This document shows, piece after piece, positions 44,456-53,903 of a stretch of 64,000 nucleotides of DNA; within the stretch, counting starts at the first letter, position 1; the number at the start of each line of letters is the position of its first letter. The notes under the pieces are model-generated. The model had not been told where the DNA came from. It did no database searches and worked only from the letters and a program-made list of their open reading frames with translations. The stretch comes from a virus. Taxonomy: Duplodnaviria > Caudoviricetes. The stretch is from positions 3,303 to 67,302 of the IMG/VR virus record IMGVR_UViG_3300031901_000001; one strand, written 5' to 3'. A program made the position numbers and the translations under genes.

Positions 44456-44615
44456 TTTTATCTGCCTCCTTTAATTGCTTGAAAAACTTAGTGCGCTTCT
44501 TCTCTTGTTTTGGCGTTAATGACTGTTTGACCATTTTCCCCTTTTTGTTCATAACTGCTTCGGCCGGAACACCCCCCGTTGAGGGAGGACCAAGCCACTC
44601 TTTACTTTTTGCCAT
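44436..44615 (-). CDS. Small basic protein (59 aa)
   Basis: SD AAGGAGG before ATG 44615. Confidence 0.65.
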   Translation of the reverse strand: MAKSKEWLGPPSTGGVPAEAVMNKKGKMVKQSLTPKQEKKRTKFFKQLKEADKNDLWRF

Positions 44616-44625
44616 AGGACCTCCT

Positions 44626-44654
44626 TTGACGACAGCGTTTATATTCGATATAGT
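44626..44654 (+). promoter_or_regulatory. Sigma70-like promoter
   Basis: TTGACG-N17-TATAGT. Confidence 0.6.
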
Positions 44655-44706
44655 CGATGATCCAAACGCCGTAATTCTTAGCGTTTGATTGCAAGGAGAA
44701 GTGATT

Positions 44707-45003
44707 ATGGGTAAGTCCACGTTCACGCAGGAAAGTGTCACCGGCCAGGAACAGGCGAAGCCGGAAACGGAAGAGCAGGAGAAGGTCGAAGTCGTCGAGG
44801 GCGAGAAGCCCGAAGAAGAAAAGACTGATCCTGAAGCAACCGAAGCGGAAAAGCCCGTCGAGGATGTCGCTGAAGTCGATGAGCTGTTGGCCGATGCTGA
44901 CACGCCTGTCGAAGTCGAACTGCCGGCGCCGCATGGGACGCAGGAAGCGGCCAACCTCGGTCTGCAGTCCGACGCCTCGGGTTCCTACACGACCAATCGC
45001 TGA
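44707..45003 (+). CDS. Very acidic disordered protein
   Basis: SD AAGGAG; E-rich. Confidence 0.75.
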   Translation: MGKSTFTQESVTGQEQAKPETEEQEKVEVVEGEKPEEEKTDPEATEAEKPVEDVAEVDELLADADTPVEVELPAPHGTQEAANLGLQSDASGSYTTNR

Positions 45004-45036
45004 TAACATCGAGGCTCCGGCAATCATGTCGGGGCC

Positions 45037-45486
45037 TCACTCTATAGCGTTATGTCGAAGACGCTTGCCTCGACATTCAGGACCGAAACCTTCTTGCACA
45101 CTGATAGGATCGGTCAATTTCCTTCCACACATGCCACACTTGCCTGTATGATACAGCTCAGCGTCCTGTGGAAGTCTTCCTTTATCAACGATGTCCTTTA
45201 GCCACACGAATGCAGCGAAGGCGTCATGTCGGTATAGGTAGGCAGGAACTTTCTTGTCTTTGTCGAACTTCCCTTGACGATTGATATGGCCGATGTAGTG
45301 CCAATTGCTTTGACCGCCGAGGAAGACGACATAGTAGATGTCTTCCTTTTTCTTAATCTTGTAGGTGAAGTGCTTCCCGGTCTTCTGGGACTTCAAGGAG
45401 AACACGGCCTTTCCGGCAAGCATGAACTCCTTGAAAGTTTTGGCTGACAGGAACGGCATGCTGAACGTCGAGGCCGGGAACATCAC
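45037..45486 (-). CDS. DUF6011-like protein with C-terminal Zn motif
   Basis: CGMCGRKLTDPISV..GFGPEC. Confidence 0.8.
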   Translation of the reverse strand: MMFPASTFSMPFLSAKTFKEFMLAGKAVFSLKSQKTGKHFTYKIKKKEDIYYVVFLGGQSNWHYIGHINRQGKFDKDKKVPAYLYRHDAFAAFVWLKDIVDKGRLPQDAELYHTGKCGMCGRKLTDPISVQEGFGPECRGKRLRHNAIE

Positions 45487-46229
45487 TTCAAGGCACCTTT
45501 CACTTGCTTCTTGATTTTCTCCGCTTCGTCAGTGGGCCAATGCCAACCACCCTCGGGCTTGACCAGCTTTAGCTTTCGTAGCGCACCCCGGAAATCACGT
45601 GCAAGGATACCCATCTGATCAGCAAGCTCACCCGCGGTCACCATGCCGGCCATGTCTTTCTTCGGCTTTTTGACCTTCTCGGGATTTGCCTCTCGCTTGC
45701 GGTTTTTCTCTTCGCGTCTCATTGCGCGCTCAGCTTTCTTGATTTCACGACGGGTGAGCTTCACCTCCTGTGGGCCATCCTCGGTTTCGATGATGTTGAC
45801 ATTGGCTGGGCGATGTTCCCATTTACCCCACTTGAGGTGTGCTACCGATCGAGCAAGGCTATCATCTTTCCAGTCCTCCTCTTCATGGGATTTGAACTCA
45901 TAGGAAAGGACTTCCTCAAGAAGATTGCCGCACATCCTGACCTGGATACCCTTGGAAGTCGTGAGTATCACATCCGTTTCATGGAATTTCCAGTGACCCA
46001 TTTCATAATCGTCATCGCCAATAATACGGTTGATAAACCACTTGGCGGCATAGGTGGCAAGGAAGGAATAAACAATCACTCGAGGATGTTCTTCGCCCTC
46101 GGGGTGATAATCAACATAGACAACATATTTGTTGCCACCGACTTTTGAAGAGTAAGGAGCAGCCGATAACCCGATGGGTATCTTTGCTGTCTCTTTATCG
46201 ATTTCGGGTGATTTTTTCCTTCGTGCCAT
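45483..46229 (-). CDS. Protein with C-terminal HTH/W domain
   Basis: VTAGELADQMGILARDFRGALRK..GGWHW. Confidence 0.8.
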   Translation of the reverse strand: MARRKKSPEIDKETAKIPIGLSAAPYSSKVGGNKYVVYVDYHPEGEEHPRVIVYSFLATYAAKWFINRIIGDDDYEMGHWKFHETDVILTTSKGIQVRMCGNLLEEVLSYEFKSHEEEDWKDDSLARSVAHLKWGKWEHRPANVNIIETEDGPQEVKLTRREIKKAERAMRREEKNRKREANPEKVKKPKKDMAGMVTAGELADQMGILARDFRGALRKLKLVKPEGGWHWPTDEAEKIKKQVKGALK

Positions 46230-46296
46230 GTTGTGCTCCAATCATTCAGGAATGCAACATCAATATAAACCTTGTTCATATGAGTGACAACCGCTT

Positions 46297-46836
46297 ATGT
46301 CCGTTTTCGTCCGAACGCACAAACGCAGATCAAGATTTCTTGAGGCGTTGGAAGTAGGTGACTCCGAGTCAGCTGCTGCTCGATATGCTAACGGTACCGT
46401 CAAACAATTCCGAAAGTGGCGAGCGGAAGATGAGAACTTCGACAAGGATGTCCAAGAAGCTATCGAGATAGGAACTGACTTCATCGAGGATGTAGCTACC
46501 AAGCGAGCCCTCGATAAGTCGGATACCCTGATGGTGGCAATCTTGAAAGCCCGTCGTCCGGATAAATTTGATCGTGGTGCTGGCAAAGCTGGTGTAGAGG
46601 TAAATATCAATGTCGAAGGCAGCAAAGCGAAACTCCTCAACCGACTCGCGAGACTCCGCGATCAAGGAAAAGAAAGGGAAGAAATCGAAGAGCTCGAAGC
46701 GGAAAAAAGACAAGAAGAAGAACAAAGGAGGCTCCCGGCCCCAGACTCCGTGGGTGCAGCCAAGGCCGAGCGAGGATCTCGAGGAGTTAAACGTCGGCAA
46801 AAGGTTGGTGGCGGACGGGAGCAGCCTTCGGTCTGA
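46297..46836 (+). CDS. terS: Terminase small subunit
   Basis: FLEAL..G..AA..W..D..F..A..SDTLM..LKARRP.KF; directly upstream of terL. Confidence 0.8.
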   Translation: MSVFVRTHKRRSRFLEALEVGDSESAAARYANGTVKQFRKWRAEDENFDKDVQEAIEIGTDFIEDVATKRALDKSDTLMVAILKARRPDKFDRGAGKAGVEVNINVEGSKAKLLNRLARLRDQGKEREEIEELEAEKRQEEEQRRLPAPDSVGAAKAERGSRGVKRRQKVGGGREQPSV

Positions 46837-48373
46837 AGACCTCAAATATATCGACCCAGATGAACTCACCGACTTAACTGATGAGGAAGCAGATGACCTA
46901 CTCCACAGATGGGAAATCTGGGCTCGAGCAAATCAGCTTGAACCTGAAGGAGCTTGGTGGACAACTTGGCTCATCCTCGCGGGACGTGGTTTCGGCAAAA
47001 CTCGCTGCGGCAGTGAGACGGTTATTAAGTGGGTTCGGACAGGTCAGTGCAAGCGAGTTGCGTTGGTTGCAGAAGATAGCGCTGACGCGAGAGACGTTAT
47101 GGTTGAAGGCGAGTCTGGAATACTTGCATGCTCACCCCGCGACTTTATGCCAAAGTACGAACCTTCGAAAAGAAGACTCACCTGGCCGAACGGTGCACGA
47201 GCTACACTATTTTCTGCTGAGGACTACGACTCTCTCCGCGGTCCTCAGTTTGATGGCGCATGGTGTGACGAGCTCTGCAAGTGGCGGTACGCTCAAGAAG
47301 CGTGGGACAACCTACAGTTCGGCCTCCGCCTCGGTGAACACCCGAAGCAAATTGTTACCACGACGCCTAGGCCTATTGCCCTCCTCAAAGACATAATCAA
47401 GAGAAACGATACAGTCATCACCAAGGGCTCCACAATGGAGAACCTTGCTAATCTTGCTCGCCCCTTCCGTAAAGCGGTGGTCGACAAATATATGGGGACA
47501 AGGATCGGTCGTCAGGAACTCGAAGCAGAATTGCTCGATGATACGCCCGGCGCCCTGTGGAGTCGGACGATGCTGGACAATCTCCGGTTCAAGGGTGATA
47601 TTCTTCCCGACTTCAAACGAGTTCTTATCTCGGTCGACCCGCCTGCGACTTCCGAAGGTGAAGCCGGTATTATCGTTACGGGCCTTGCGCCGAACGGTCA
47701 TGCTTACGTTCTCGAGGATCGTTCACTTCAAGGGTCGCCTGACGAATGGGCTCGTGAAGCTGTCAAGGCTTACGATGAGTGGGAAGCTGACAACATCGTC
47801 TATGAGGCTAACCATGGTGGTGAGATGGTAGCGGCTGTTCTCCGGAGTGCGGCAAAGGCGTTGAAGGAAGAGGGGTGGAGAACCGCTGATTTCGTCCCGC
47901 TCAAGGATGTCCATGCAACTCGCGGTAAGTATAAAAGGGCTGAACCGATCAGTCAGCTTTACGAGCAGAACAAAGTACACCATGTGGGAACCTTCTCGAC
48001 CCTTGAGGATCAGATGGTTGAGTATACCCCTGAAGCTGAAGTCAAGGCGATACATTCACCGGACCGGATGGATGCCCTCGTCTGGGGTCTGACCCAGCTC
48101 ATGATTGGCTCGGTTCGTCATGAGGGCTTGCTTGATTTCTATGCGGAGGAAGCTCGTATGGTTCAGGATAGACTATCGGGTAAGACGCAGGCAGAACCTG
48201 GTACTATGATTTCTCTATACTCCCCAACCGGTACAAATACCGCATACGGGAGGTCTGGCATCAAGTATTTGCCCGACGCCGACGGCATTTTCGAGGTCGA
48301 GGAGGTAGATGTGTCCGCATTGATTGCCGCCGGTTTTGTCCGAAAGGCACTGGAGGATCAGTCGAATGGCTAA
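46808..48373 (+). CDS. terL: Terminase large subunit with C-terminal extra domain (start uncertain: 46610 or 46808)
   Basis: LAGRGFGKT, RGPQF..AW.DE, TTTP, SVDP, SPDRMDALVW. Confidence 0.95.
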   Translation: MADGSSLRSEDLKYIDPDELTDLTDEEADDLLHRWEIWARANQLEPEGAWWTTWLILAGRGFGKTRCGSETVIKWVRTGQCKRVALVAEDSADARDVMVEGESGILACSPRDFMPKYEPSKRRLTWPNGARATLFSAEDYDSLRGPQFDGAWCDELCKWRYAQEAWDNLQFGLRLGEHPKQIVTTTPRPIALLKDIIKRNDTVITKGSTMENLANLARPFRKAVVDKYMGTRIGRQELEAELLDDTPGALWSRTMLDNLRFKGDILPDFKRVLISVDPPATSEGEAGIIVTGLAPNGHAYVLEDRSLQGSPDEWAREAVKAYDEWEADNIVYEANHGGEMVAAVLRSAAKALKEEGWRTADFVPLKDVHATRGKYKRAEPISQLYEQNKVHHVGTFSTLEDQMVEYTPEAEVKAIHSPDRMDALVWGLTQLMIGSVRHEGLLDFYAEEARMVQDRLSGKTQAEPGTMISLYSPTGTNTAYGRSGIKYLPDADGIFEVEEVDVSALIAAGFVRKALEDQSNG

Positions 48374-49988
48374 GGCCAGGTCGCAACGTGCCAGGGCTGG
48401 TGGTGGCAAGGAAATTGCCCTCAATGCCAACTCTCGTCCTTACTCAAACGGTTATTCCTTGAGCACCAGCATCCGTCTCGACAGTGGGGCGGGTGCTTCT
48501 TGGTTTGGGCCCGGTCAGCCGATGTCGCCACAGGCGCCAAAGGAAGTTGCGGGTCGGGCATGGGATTTCCCCCAAGCTATTAACACTATGTATAGGCCCC
48601 GCGCTTACGAGGCTGTTGGGTTCGAGATACTTCGTGCGTTTGCTGATAACTATGACTTGCTGCGCCTGATCATTGAGACACGCAAGGACCAGATGGAGCG
48701 CTTGCGTTGGGTGATCCAGCTCAAGGACAGCAAGGAAAAGCTGACCTCTCAGAAAAAGAATAAGATCAAGGAACTAACCAAGTTCTTCCGCAAGCCGGAT
48801 GGGGAGAACGGTTGGAATGCTTGGCTTCGGATGGTCTTGGAAGATTTGTTTGTGATCGACGCGGTGACCTTGCATCGTCGTCGGACACGAGGCGGGCGTC
48901 TCGTAGCGCTGGATCAGATCGACGGGGCAACGATCAAGCGCATAGTGGACGACTGGGGTCGCACCCCTGAGGACCCTGCGGATACGGCTTATCAGCAGTA
49001 TCTGAAAGGGATGCCCGCCGTTAACTATCGCGGTGACGAGATTTATTATAGCCCGCGTAATAAGCGAGTCCATAAGGCATATGGCTACAGCCCTGTGGAA
49101 CAGCTAATGATGACGATTAACATTGGTCTTCGTCGTCAAGTCTTCCAGCTTCAGTTCTTCACTGAAGGCAATATGCCTCCCGCACTTATCGGTGTTCCCG
49201 AGGATTGGACGCCAGATCAGATCAGGACATTCCAAACCTGGTTTGATAACATGCTGTCCGGCAACACAGCTGAACGGAGCAAGGCCCGCTTCGTACCGGC
49301 AGCTGTGGGTAAGACCTACATCCCGACTCAGGAAACTGAGCTTTTTGGTAAGGCGGAAGAATGGCTCGCACGAGTCACCTGTTTTGCTTTCAGCATCAGT
49401 CCTCAGCCTTTCTTGCAGATGATGAACCGCGCTACCGCGGAGACTGCTAACGAACAGGCTGCAGTCGAAGGACTGACTCCGATCCAGAATTGGGTCAAGG
49501 ACATGATCGACTCCATCCTCGAGGAAGACCTCGATGCGGATGAGTATGAGTTTGTCTGGAAGGGTGATGACGAGCTTGACCCCTTCAAGCGTCAACAGAT
49601 CACCTCCGGCTACCTGAAGGATGGTTTGCTCACGATCAATGAAGGACGAGTCGATGCAGGCAAAGAGCCCTACGATGATCCCATCTTTGATCAGCCTATG
49701 TTCATGACTTCCAATGGTCTTGCACCTTTGGCCTTGACCGCATCGGCTCAAGGACGAGGTCCCGGACTCGGTAATGAGAACCCGGATAATCAACAGGTCG
49801 ATGAGAATGGTCAACCCGTTAAGCCCGCTCAAGGCAAAGACGGTACCGGCATTTCCAGTAAGGATGGCGGTGCAGGATCATCGACCAAGAACCCCAGTCA
49901 GGTGATGGACAAGGTGAGTCAGCTGATTGCAGAGGGCGATGAGGACGCCTTGACTAAGTTCCTTGCCACCTTGAAGGAGACTGAATAA
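48366..49988 (+). CDS. Portal protein
   Basis: Position after terL; YGYSP, F..G..P..., FSISPQ, T.NE.R motifs. Confidence 0.9.
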   Translation: MAKARSQRARAGGGKEIALNANSRPYSNGYSLSTSIRLDSGAGASWFGPGQPMSPQAPKEVAGRAWDFPQAINTMYRPRAYEAVGFEILRAFADNYDLLRLIIETRKDQMERLRWVIQLKDSKEKLTSQKKNKIKELTKFFRKPDGENGWNAWLRMVLEDLFVIDAVTLHRRRTRGGRLVALDQIDGATIKRIVDDWGRTPEDPADTAYQQYLKGMPAVNYRGDEIYYSPRNKRVHKAYGYSPVEQLMMTINIGLRRQVFQLQFFTEGNMPPALIGVPEDWTPDQIRTFQTWFDNMLSGNTAERSKARFVPAAVGKTYIPTQETELFGKAEEWLARVTCFAFSISPQPFLQMMNRATAETANEQAAVEGLTPIQNWVKDMIDSILEEDLDADEYEFVWKGDDELDPFKRQQITSGYLKDGLLTINEGRVDAGKEPYDDPIFDQPMFMTSNGLAPLALTASAQGRGPGLGNENPDNQQVDENGQPVKPAQGKDGTGISSKDGGAGSSTKNPSQVMDKVSQLIAEGDEDALTKFLATLKETE

Positions 49989-51886
49989 TGAGTAAGGCGA
50001 AAGCGCGGGTTTTCGTCCCGCTGACGAAGGTGGACGAGGAACAGCGCCTCGTCTACGGCGTTATCACCGAAGAGGTCCAGGACAAGGCCGGTGAAACGAT
50101 GGACTATGAAACCTCGAAGGCGAACTTCGAGAAGTGGTCCGGGGACATCGAAAAAGCATCGAACGGCCTGAGCAAGGGCAATGTCCGTGTCATGCATCAG
50201 CTGAAGGTCGGCGGTAAGCTGACCGACATCAGCTTCAATGACGAAGACAAGTCGATCGAGGTTTGTGCCAAAGTCACTGACGATGCCGAGTGGAACAACG
50301 TCTTGGAAGGCTGCTACACCGGCTTCTCTGTGGGTGGTAGTTACGGGAAGAAATGGACCGAGAAGACCACAGGGTTGAAGAAGTATACGGCTGTGCCGAA
50401 TGAAGTCAGCCTGGTGGACAACCCTTGCGTTCATGGCGCAACCTTCACGATGGTCAAGGCTGACGGCGCCGAGGAAGTCATGAAGTGGGACGATGAACCC
50501 ACAGACGGTAAGCTGAAGTTCTCCAAGGCCGAGAGCGGTGAGGCTGAAGAAGTCAAGACCGAGGAAGAGCCTTCGGCTTTGGAGAAGCAGGCAGCTCAGG
50601 CAGCTGCGATCACCGCGCCGGCATACACCAATGATCAGCTTGCGGCTAAGTGCAAGGAATTGCAGAAGGCAGCGGCTGATGGTCGTGACTGGATGAGCTT
50701 CCTCGATGAGGCTCGCGGTCTTCTCGATGCGGAACTCAACAAGGCAGCGGCTGACGATGGGGACGGGAAGAAGAAAGAAGAGGACAAGGGAGCCGACAAA
50801 GGCAAAGCCGCAGACGATGATGCGAAGACCGGTGAGGGAGACGACAAGGACGACGATGACAAGTCTGTCGCTAAGTCCACCCCCGCAGGAGTGAAGCAAG
50901 TCTGGACTGCTTCGGACGGTGCAACCTTTGAGAAGAAGTCGGATGCGGTTGCTCATGAGGAGGAACTCGCCAAGACTGTGACCGCCGAGGACGACGAGGC
51001 AACCAAGGTCATCAAGACTGTTGGTCGCATCAAGGACTTGCTCTCGAAGGGCGAAGGTGCGGTGGTTGTCGAGGAGGAAGAAGTCGTCAGCATCTTGTCG
51101 CTCGACCGTGTCGATGACTTGCACAAGGCGCTGCTCGAACTCGAGCTTCCCCGCGGTGAGGATGGTGCACCCCTGCTTGAGAAGGGCATGTATACTGTCA
51201 GCCGCTTCGCCAACATGCTCGGGGATGTCGCCGGACTTGCCCGAACGATCAAGGCGGAAGGCTCGCTCGAGTCGGACAAGAATGACGAGAACATCGCCAA
51301 GACCCTGACCGGCCAGCTCGGCACGTTTGGTGACAGCTTCATGACCTACGCCAAGCAGCAGATCGCTGAACTTGTCGCCGGCCTGGACACCGACCTGTCA
51401 CCGCGTTGCGCCTACGACTACTATTATCGTTGCGCTGAAGCCGATCCAGAAGACGCCCTCGCCAAGAACGTCTGCGAACTCATCGAGGCAGTCGAAGATG
51501 AACGGGAAGCTGCCATGGAGAAGTTGGCGAAGTTCGCCACCGACCCTGTGGATACTCCCGAGACCCTTCAGAAGGTCGCACAGCTTGAGGCTGATAACGA
51601 CAAGCTGACCAAGGCCTTCGCTGAGATTGCTCCCACGGTGGAGGCTCTCGAGAAGCGCCTGAAGGTTGTGGAAGATACGCCACTTCCCCGGGCACCTCGC
51701 GGTAGCATCCTTGAGAAGGCTGCTGACGGAAATCTCGGTGGCAACAAGAGCAAGGAAGATCAACAGGCTGCCGCACTCACCCAGTTGGATGAGATGCTGA
51801 AGACCATGACACCGGAACAGGTATCGCTGGCGCTTATCAAGGCGTCCCAGCGTAGCCCCCAGAAATTGGGCGTAGTGAACCGGTAA
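49988..51886 (+). CDS. Prohead protease with long acidic scaffold region
   Basis: RVMHQ, YTGFSVGG, EVSLVDNP. Confidence 0.85.
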   Translation: MSKAKARVFVPLTKVDEEQRLVYGVITEEVQDKAGETMDYETSKANFEKWSGDIEKASNGLSKGNVRVMHQLKVGGKLTDISFNDEDKSIEVCAKVTDDAEWNNVLEGCYTGFSVGGSYGKKWTEKTTGLKKYTAVPNEVSLVDNPCVHGATFTMVKADGAEEVMKWDDEPTDGKLKFSKAESGEAEEVKTEEEPSALEKQAAQAAAITAPAYTNDQLAAKCKELQKAAADGRDWMSFLDEARGLLDAELNKAAADDGDGKKKEEDKGADKGKAADDDAKTGEGDDKDDDDKSVAKSTPAGVKQVWTASDGATFEKKSDAVAHEEELAKTVTAEDDEATKVIKTVGRIKDLLSKGEGAVVVEEEEVVSILSLDRVDDLHKALLELELPRGEDGAPLLEKGMYTVSRFANMLGDVAGLARTIKAEGSLESDKNDENIAKTLTGQLGTFGDSFMTYAKQQIAELVAGLDTDLSPRCAYDYYYRCAEADPEDALAKNVCELIEAVEDEREAAMEKLAKFATDPVDTPETLQKVAQLEADNDKLTKAFAEIAPTVEALEKRLKVVEDTPLPRAPRGSILEKAADGNLGGNKSKEDQQAAALTQLDEMLKTMTPEQVSLALIKASQRSPQKLGVVNR

Positions 51887-51903
51887 ACGAAGCAACGAGG
51901 CGA

Positions 51904-51946
51904 CCGGGGACGGGAGCTTCAATCCGCACCCATCGGGGACGATGGG
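51904..51946 (+). promoter_or_regulatory. Two GGGA-loop hairpins in the capsid-gene leader
   Basis: CCG-GGGA-CGG (51904-51913) and CCCATCG-GGGA-CGATGGG (51929-51946). Confidence 0.5.
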
Positions 51947-51994
51947 ATCAACGTCCACTCTAACCAAACCTGTCCATTGAAAGTGAAGGACGAT

Positions 51995-53521
51995 ATGAAC
52001 GCAACACAGCTCATGCAGAACTCCAACGGTCTCGTTGCGGGAGCCAGCATGGATGCTCTGATGAAGGCACTTGCGAGTGCTGATCAGATCACCATGCCCG
52101 GTATGCCCGAAGCGTTGGCCAAGTCCACCTTCGCGCAATCGGTATCCGCGACTTCGGGTCTGACGTTTTATGACCTCGAAGCCGGCGCCAAGATGCTCTA
52201 CCCGGTGCTCACACCGCTGCGGAATGAAATTCCTCGCGTCTCGGGCAAAGGCGGCATTCAGGCGAACTGGCGCGCAGTCACCGGCATCAATACCTCGGGT
52301 ATCCGCATCGGCGTTTCGGGCGGTAACCGTGGCGGTGTCATGGCTGTCACGACCGCTGACTATGCTGCTTCCTACAAGGGGATCGGCATCGAAGACTCGG
52401 TCGACTTCGAAGCGCAGTATGCTGGTGAAAACTTCGAGGACATCCGCGCCCTTGCAGGCAAGGTCGGTCTCGAAGCCTTGATGCTTGGTGAAGAGCTGCT
52501 CCTCCTGGGCGGCAACGGCACTCTCGCATTGGGCACGACGCCCACTCCTTCGACTTCCGCATCCACCACGGGCGGCACGATGACTGCGACCACCAAGGTC
52601 GTTGTCGCTGTGGCTCTGACACTGGAAGGTTACGTCAACGCCTCGTTGGCCAACGGTATCCCGACTTCGGTGACCCGTACCAACGCAGACGGCTCGTCGG
52701 ATACCTTCGGTGGCGGTTCTGCGCAGAAGTCGGCGGGTGCATCGCAGGCAACGACCGGCACGACGGGCTCGATCACCGCAACGGTGACTGCAGTTCCCGG
52801 CGCTGTCGCCTACGCCTGGTATGTGGGTGCATCGGCGGGCGCCGCAACGCTTGCACAGATCACCACTGTCAACAAGGCGGTCCTGACGACCGACGCCGGC
52901 GCTTACACGCAGACTGCGGGTTCGTTGCCTTCGGCGGACAACTCGACCAATAACCTTGTCTTCGACGGTCTGATCACTCAGGCGGCCAAGTCGGGTTCCA
53001 ACAGCTACTACAAGTCGCTCGACGGTGCGGCACTGACCACGGATAATGCGGGTGGTGTTGTCGAAATCGATGCGGCTCTGAAGAGCTTCTGGGACAACTA
53101 TCGTCTCTCGCCCGATACCATCTGGGTGTCGTCGCAGGAGGCGCTGACCATTTCGCAGAAGATCCTGTCCGGCGGTACTGCCAACGGCGCCTTCCGCATT
53201 GTGGTCAACATGGAGCAGGGAATGATTGCAGGCGGCGTCATGGTCGCCACCTACCTGAACCGGTTCTCCATGTCGGGTGCGAACGTTCTCAAAGTCCGCA
53301 TCCATCCCAACATGCCGGCAGGCACGATCCTGTTCACCTCGAACCGCATCCCTTACCCTGTGTCGGGTGTCGGCAACGTGTTCCAGGTTCGTTACCGCCA
53401 GGAGTACTACCAGATCGAATGGCCGCTGCGCTCGCGTAAGTACGAGTACGGCGTCTATGCAGACGAGGTGCTCCAGCACTACTTCCCGCCGAGCATGGGT
53501 GTCATCACCAACATCGGCTGA
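51995..53521 (+). CDS. Major capsid protein with Thr/Ala-rich internal beta insertion
   Basis: Position, strong codon bias; YDLE..AK.LYP..TPLRN.IPR. Confidence 0.9.
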   Translation: MNATQLMQNSNGLVAGASMDALMKALASADQITMPGMPEALAKSTFAQSVSATSGLTFYDLEAGAKMLYPVLTPLRNEIPRVSGKGGIQANWRAVTGINTSGIRIGVSGGNRGGVMAVTTADYAASYKGIGIEDSVDFEAQYAGENFEDIRALAGKVGLEALMLGEELLLLGGNGTLALGTTPTPSTSASTTGGTMTATTKVVVAVALTLEGYVNASLANGIPTSVTRTNADGSSDTFGGGSAQKSAGASQATTGTTGSITATVTAVPGAVAYAWYVGASAGAATLAQITTVNKAVLTTDAGAYTQTAGSLPSADNSTNNLVFDGLITQAAKSGSNSYYKSLDGAALTTDNAGGVVEIDAALKSFWDNYRLSPDTIWVSSQEALTISQKILSGGTANGAFRIVVNMEQGMIAGGVMVATYLNRFSMSGANVLKVRIHPNMPAGTILFTSNRIPYPVSGVGNVFQVRYRQEYYQIEWPLRSRKYEYGVYADEVLQHYFPPSMGVITNIG

Positions 53522-53529
53522 CAAGGAGT

Positions 53530-53549
53530 GGAGGGGCTTCGGCTCCTCC
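53530..53549 (+). terminator. Stable UUCG hairpin after the capsid gene
   Basis: GGAGGGGC-TTCG-GCTCCTCC; no U-tract. Confidence 0.6.
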
Positions 53550-53599
53550 CTCTACATGAAGCATGATGCGGTGTCATGCTTCTGTTAGAGGAAACTACA

Positions 53600-53893
53600 A
53601 TGGAAACTGAAGTCAAGAAGATGAAGGCCCCCCGCGGGACCAACTCGGCAACGATCCAGGGCCATCCCTATTCAGTCGACAAGAACGGCCTGATCGATGT
53701 CGCTGTCCAGGCGCATGTCGGTGACCTTCGCCGGCACGGCTTTGTGGAGTTCATCCCTGAAATCTCGGCCGATGATGTCCGCGATATGGACAAGGCTCGC
53801 CTGATCGAGTTCATCGAGTCGCACGGTGAAGACGTCGATTATGACGACAAGGAAAAGGCACTGCGGAAGCAGGCCCTGGCGCTGGTCAAGTAA
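53600..53893 (+). CDS. Small head-associated protein (terL-like N-domain + HeH/LEM-like C-helix)
   Basis: SD GAGG; APRGTNSA..YSVDKNG..GFV. Confidence 0.75.
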   Translation: METEVKKMKAPRGTNSATIQGHPYSVDKNGLIDVAVQAHVGDLRRHGFVEFIPEISADDVRDMDKARLIEFIESHGEDVDYDDKEKALRKQALALVK

Positions 53894-53903
53894 GGCATAA
53901 GCA

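Noticed and set aside
44436-44954. 172-aa Ser-rich minus-strand ORF
   Set aside because: The 5' part is antisense of the acidic gene; only the 59-aa part from ATG 44615 with SD AAGGAGG is credible.
46610-46807. K-rich N-terminal extension of terL overlapping terS
   Set aside because: Probably an alternative-frame read-through of the terS tail; GTG 46808 is a more plausible start, though not proven.
49919-51124. 401-aa antisense ORF opposite the protease
   Set aside because: Shadow ORF; Leu/Val-rich complement of an acidic gene.
51398-53524. 708-aa antisense ORF opposite the capsid gene
   Set aside because: Mirror of the strongly biased capsid/protease codons (few antisense stops); no SD or motifs.
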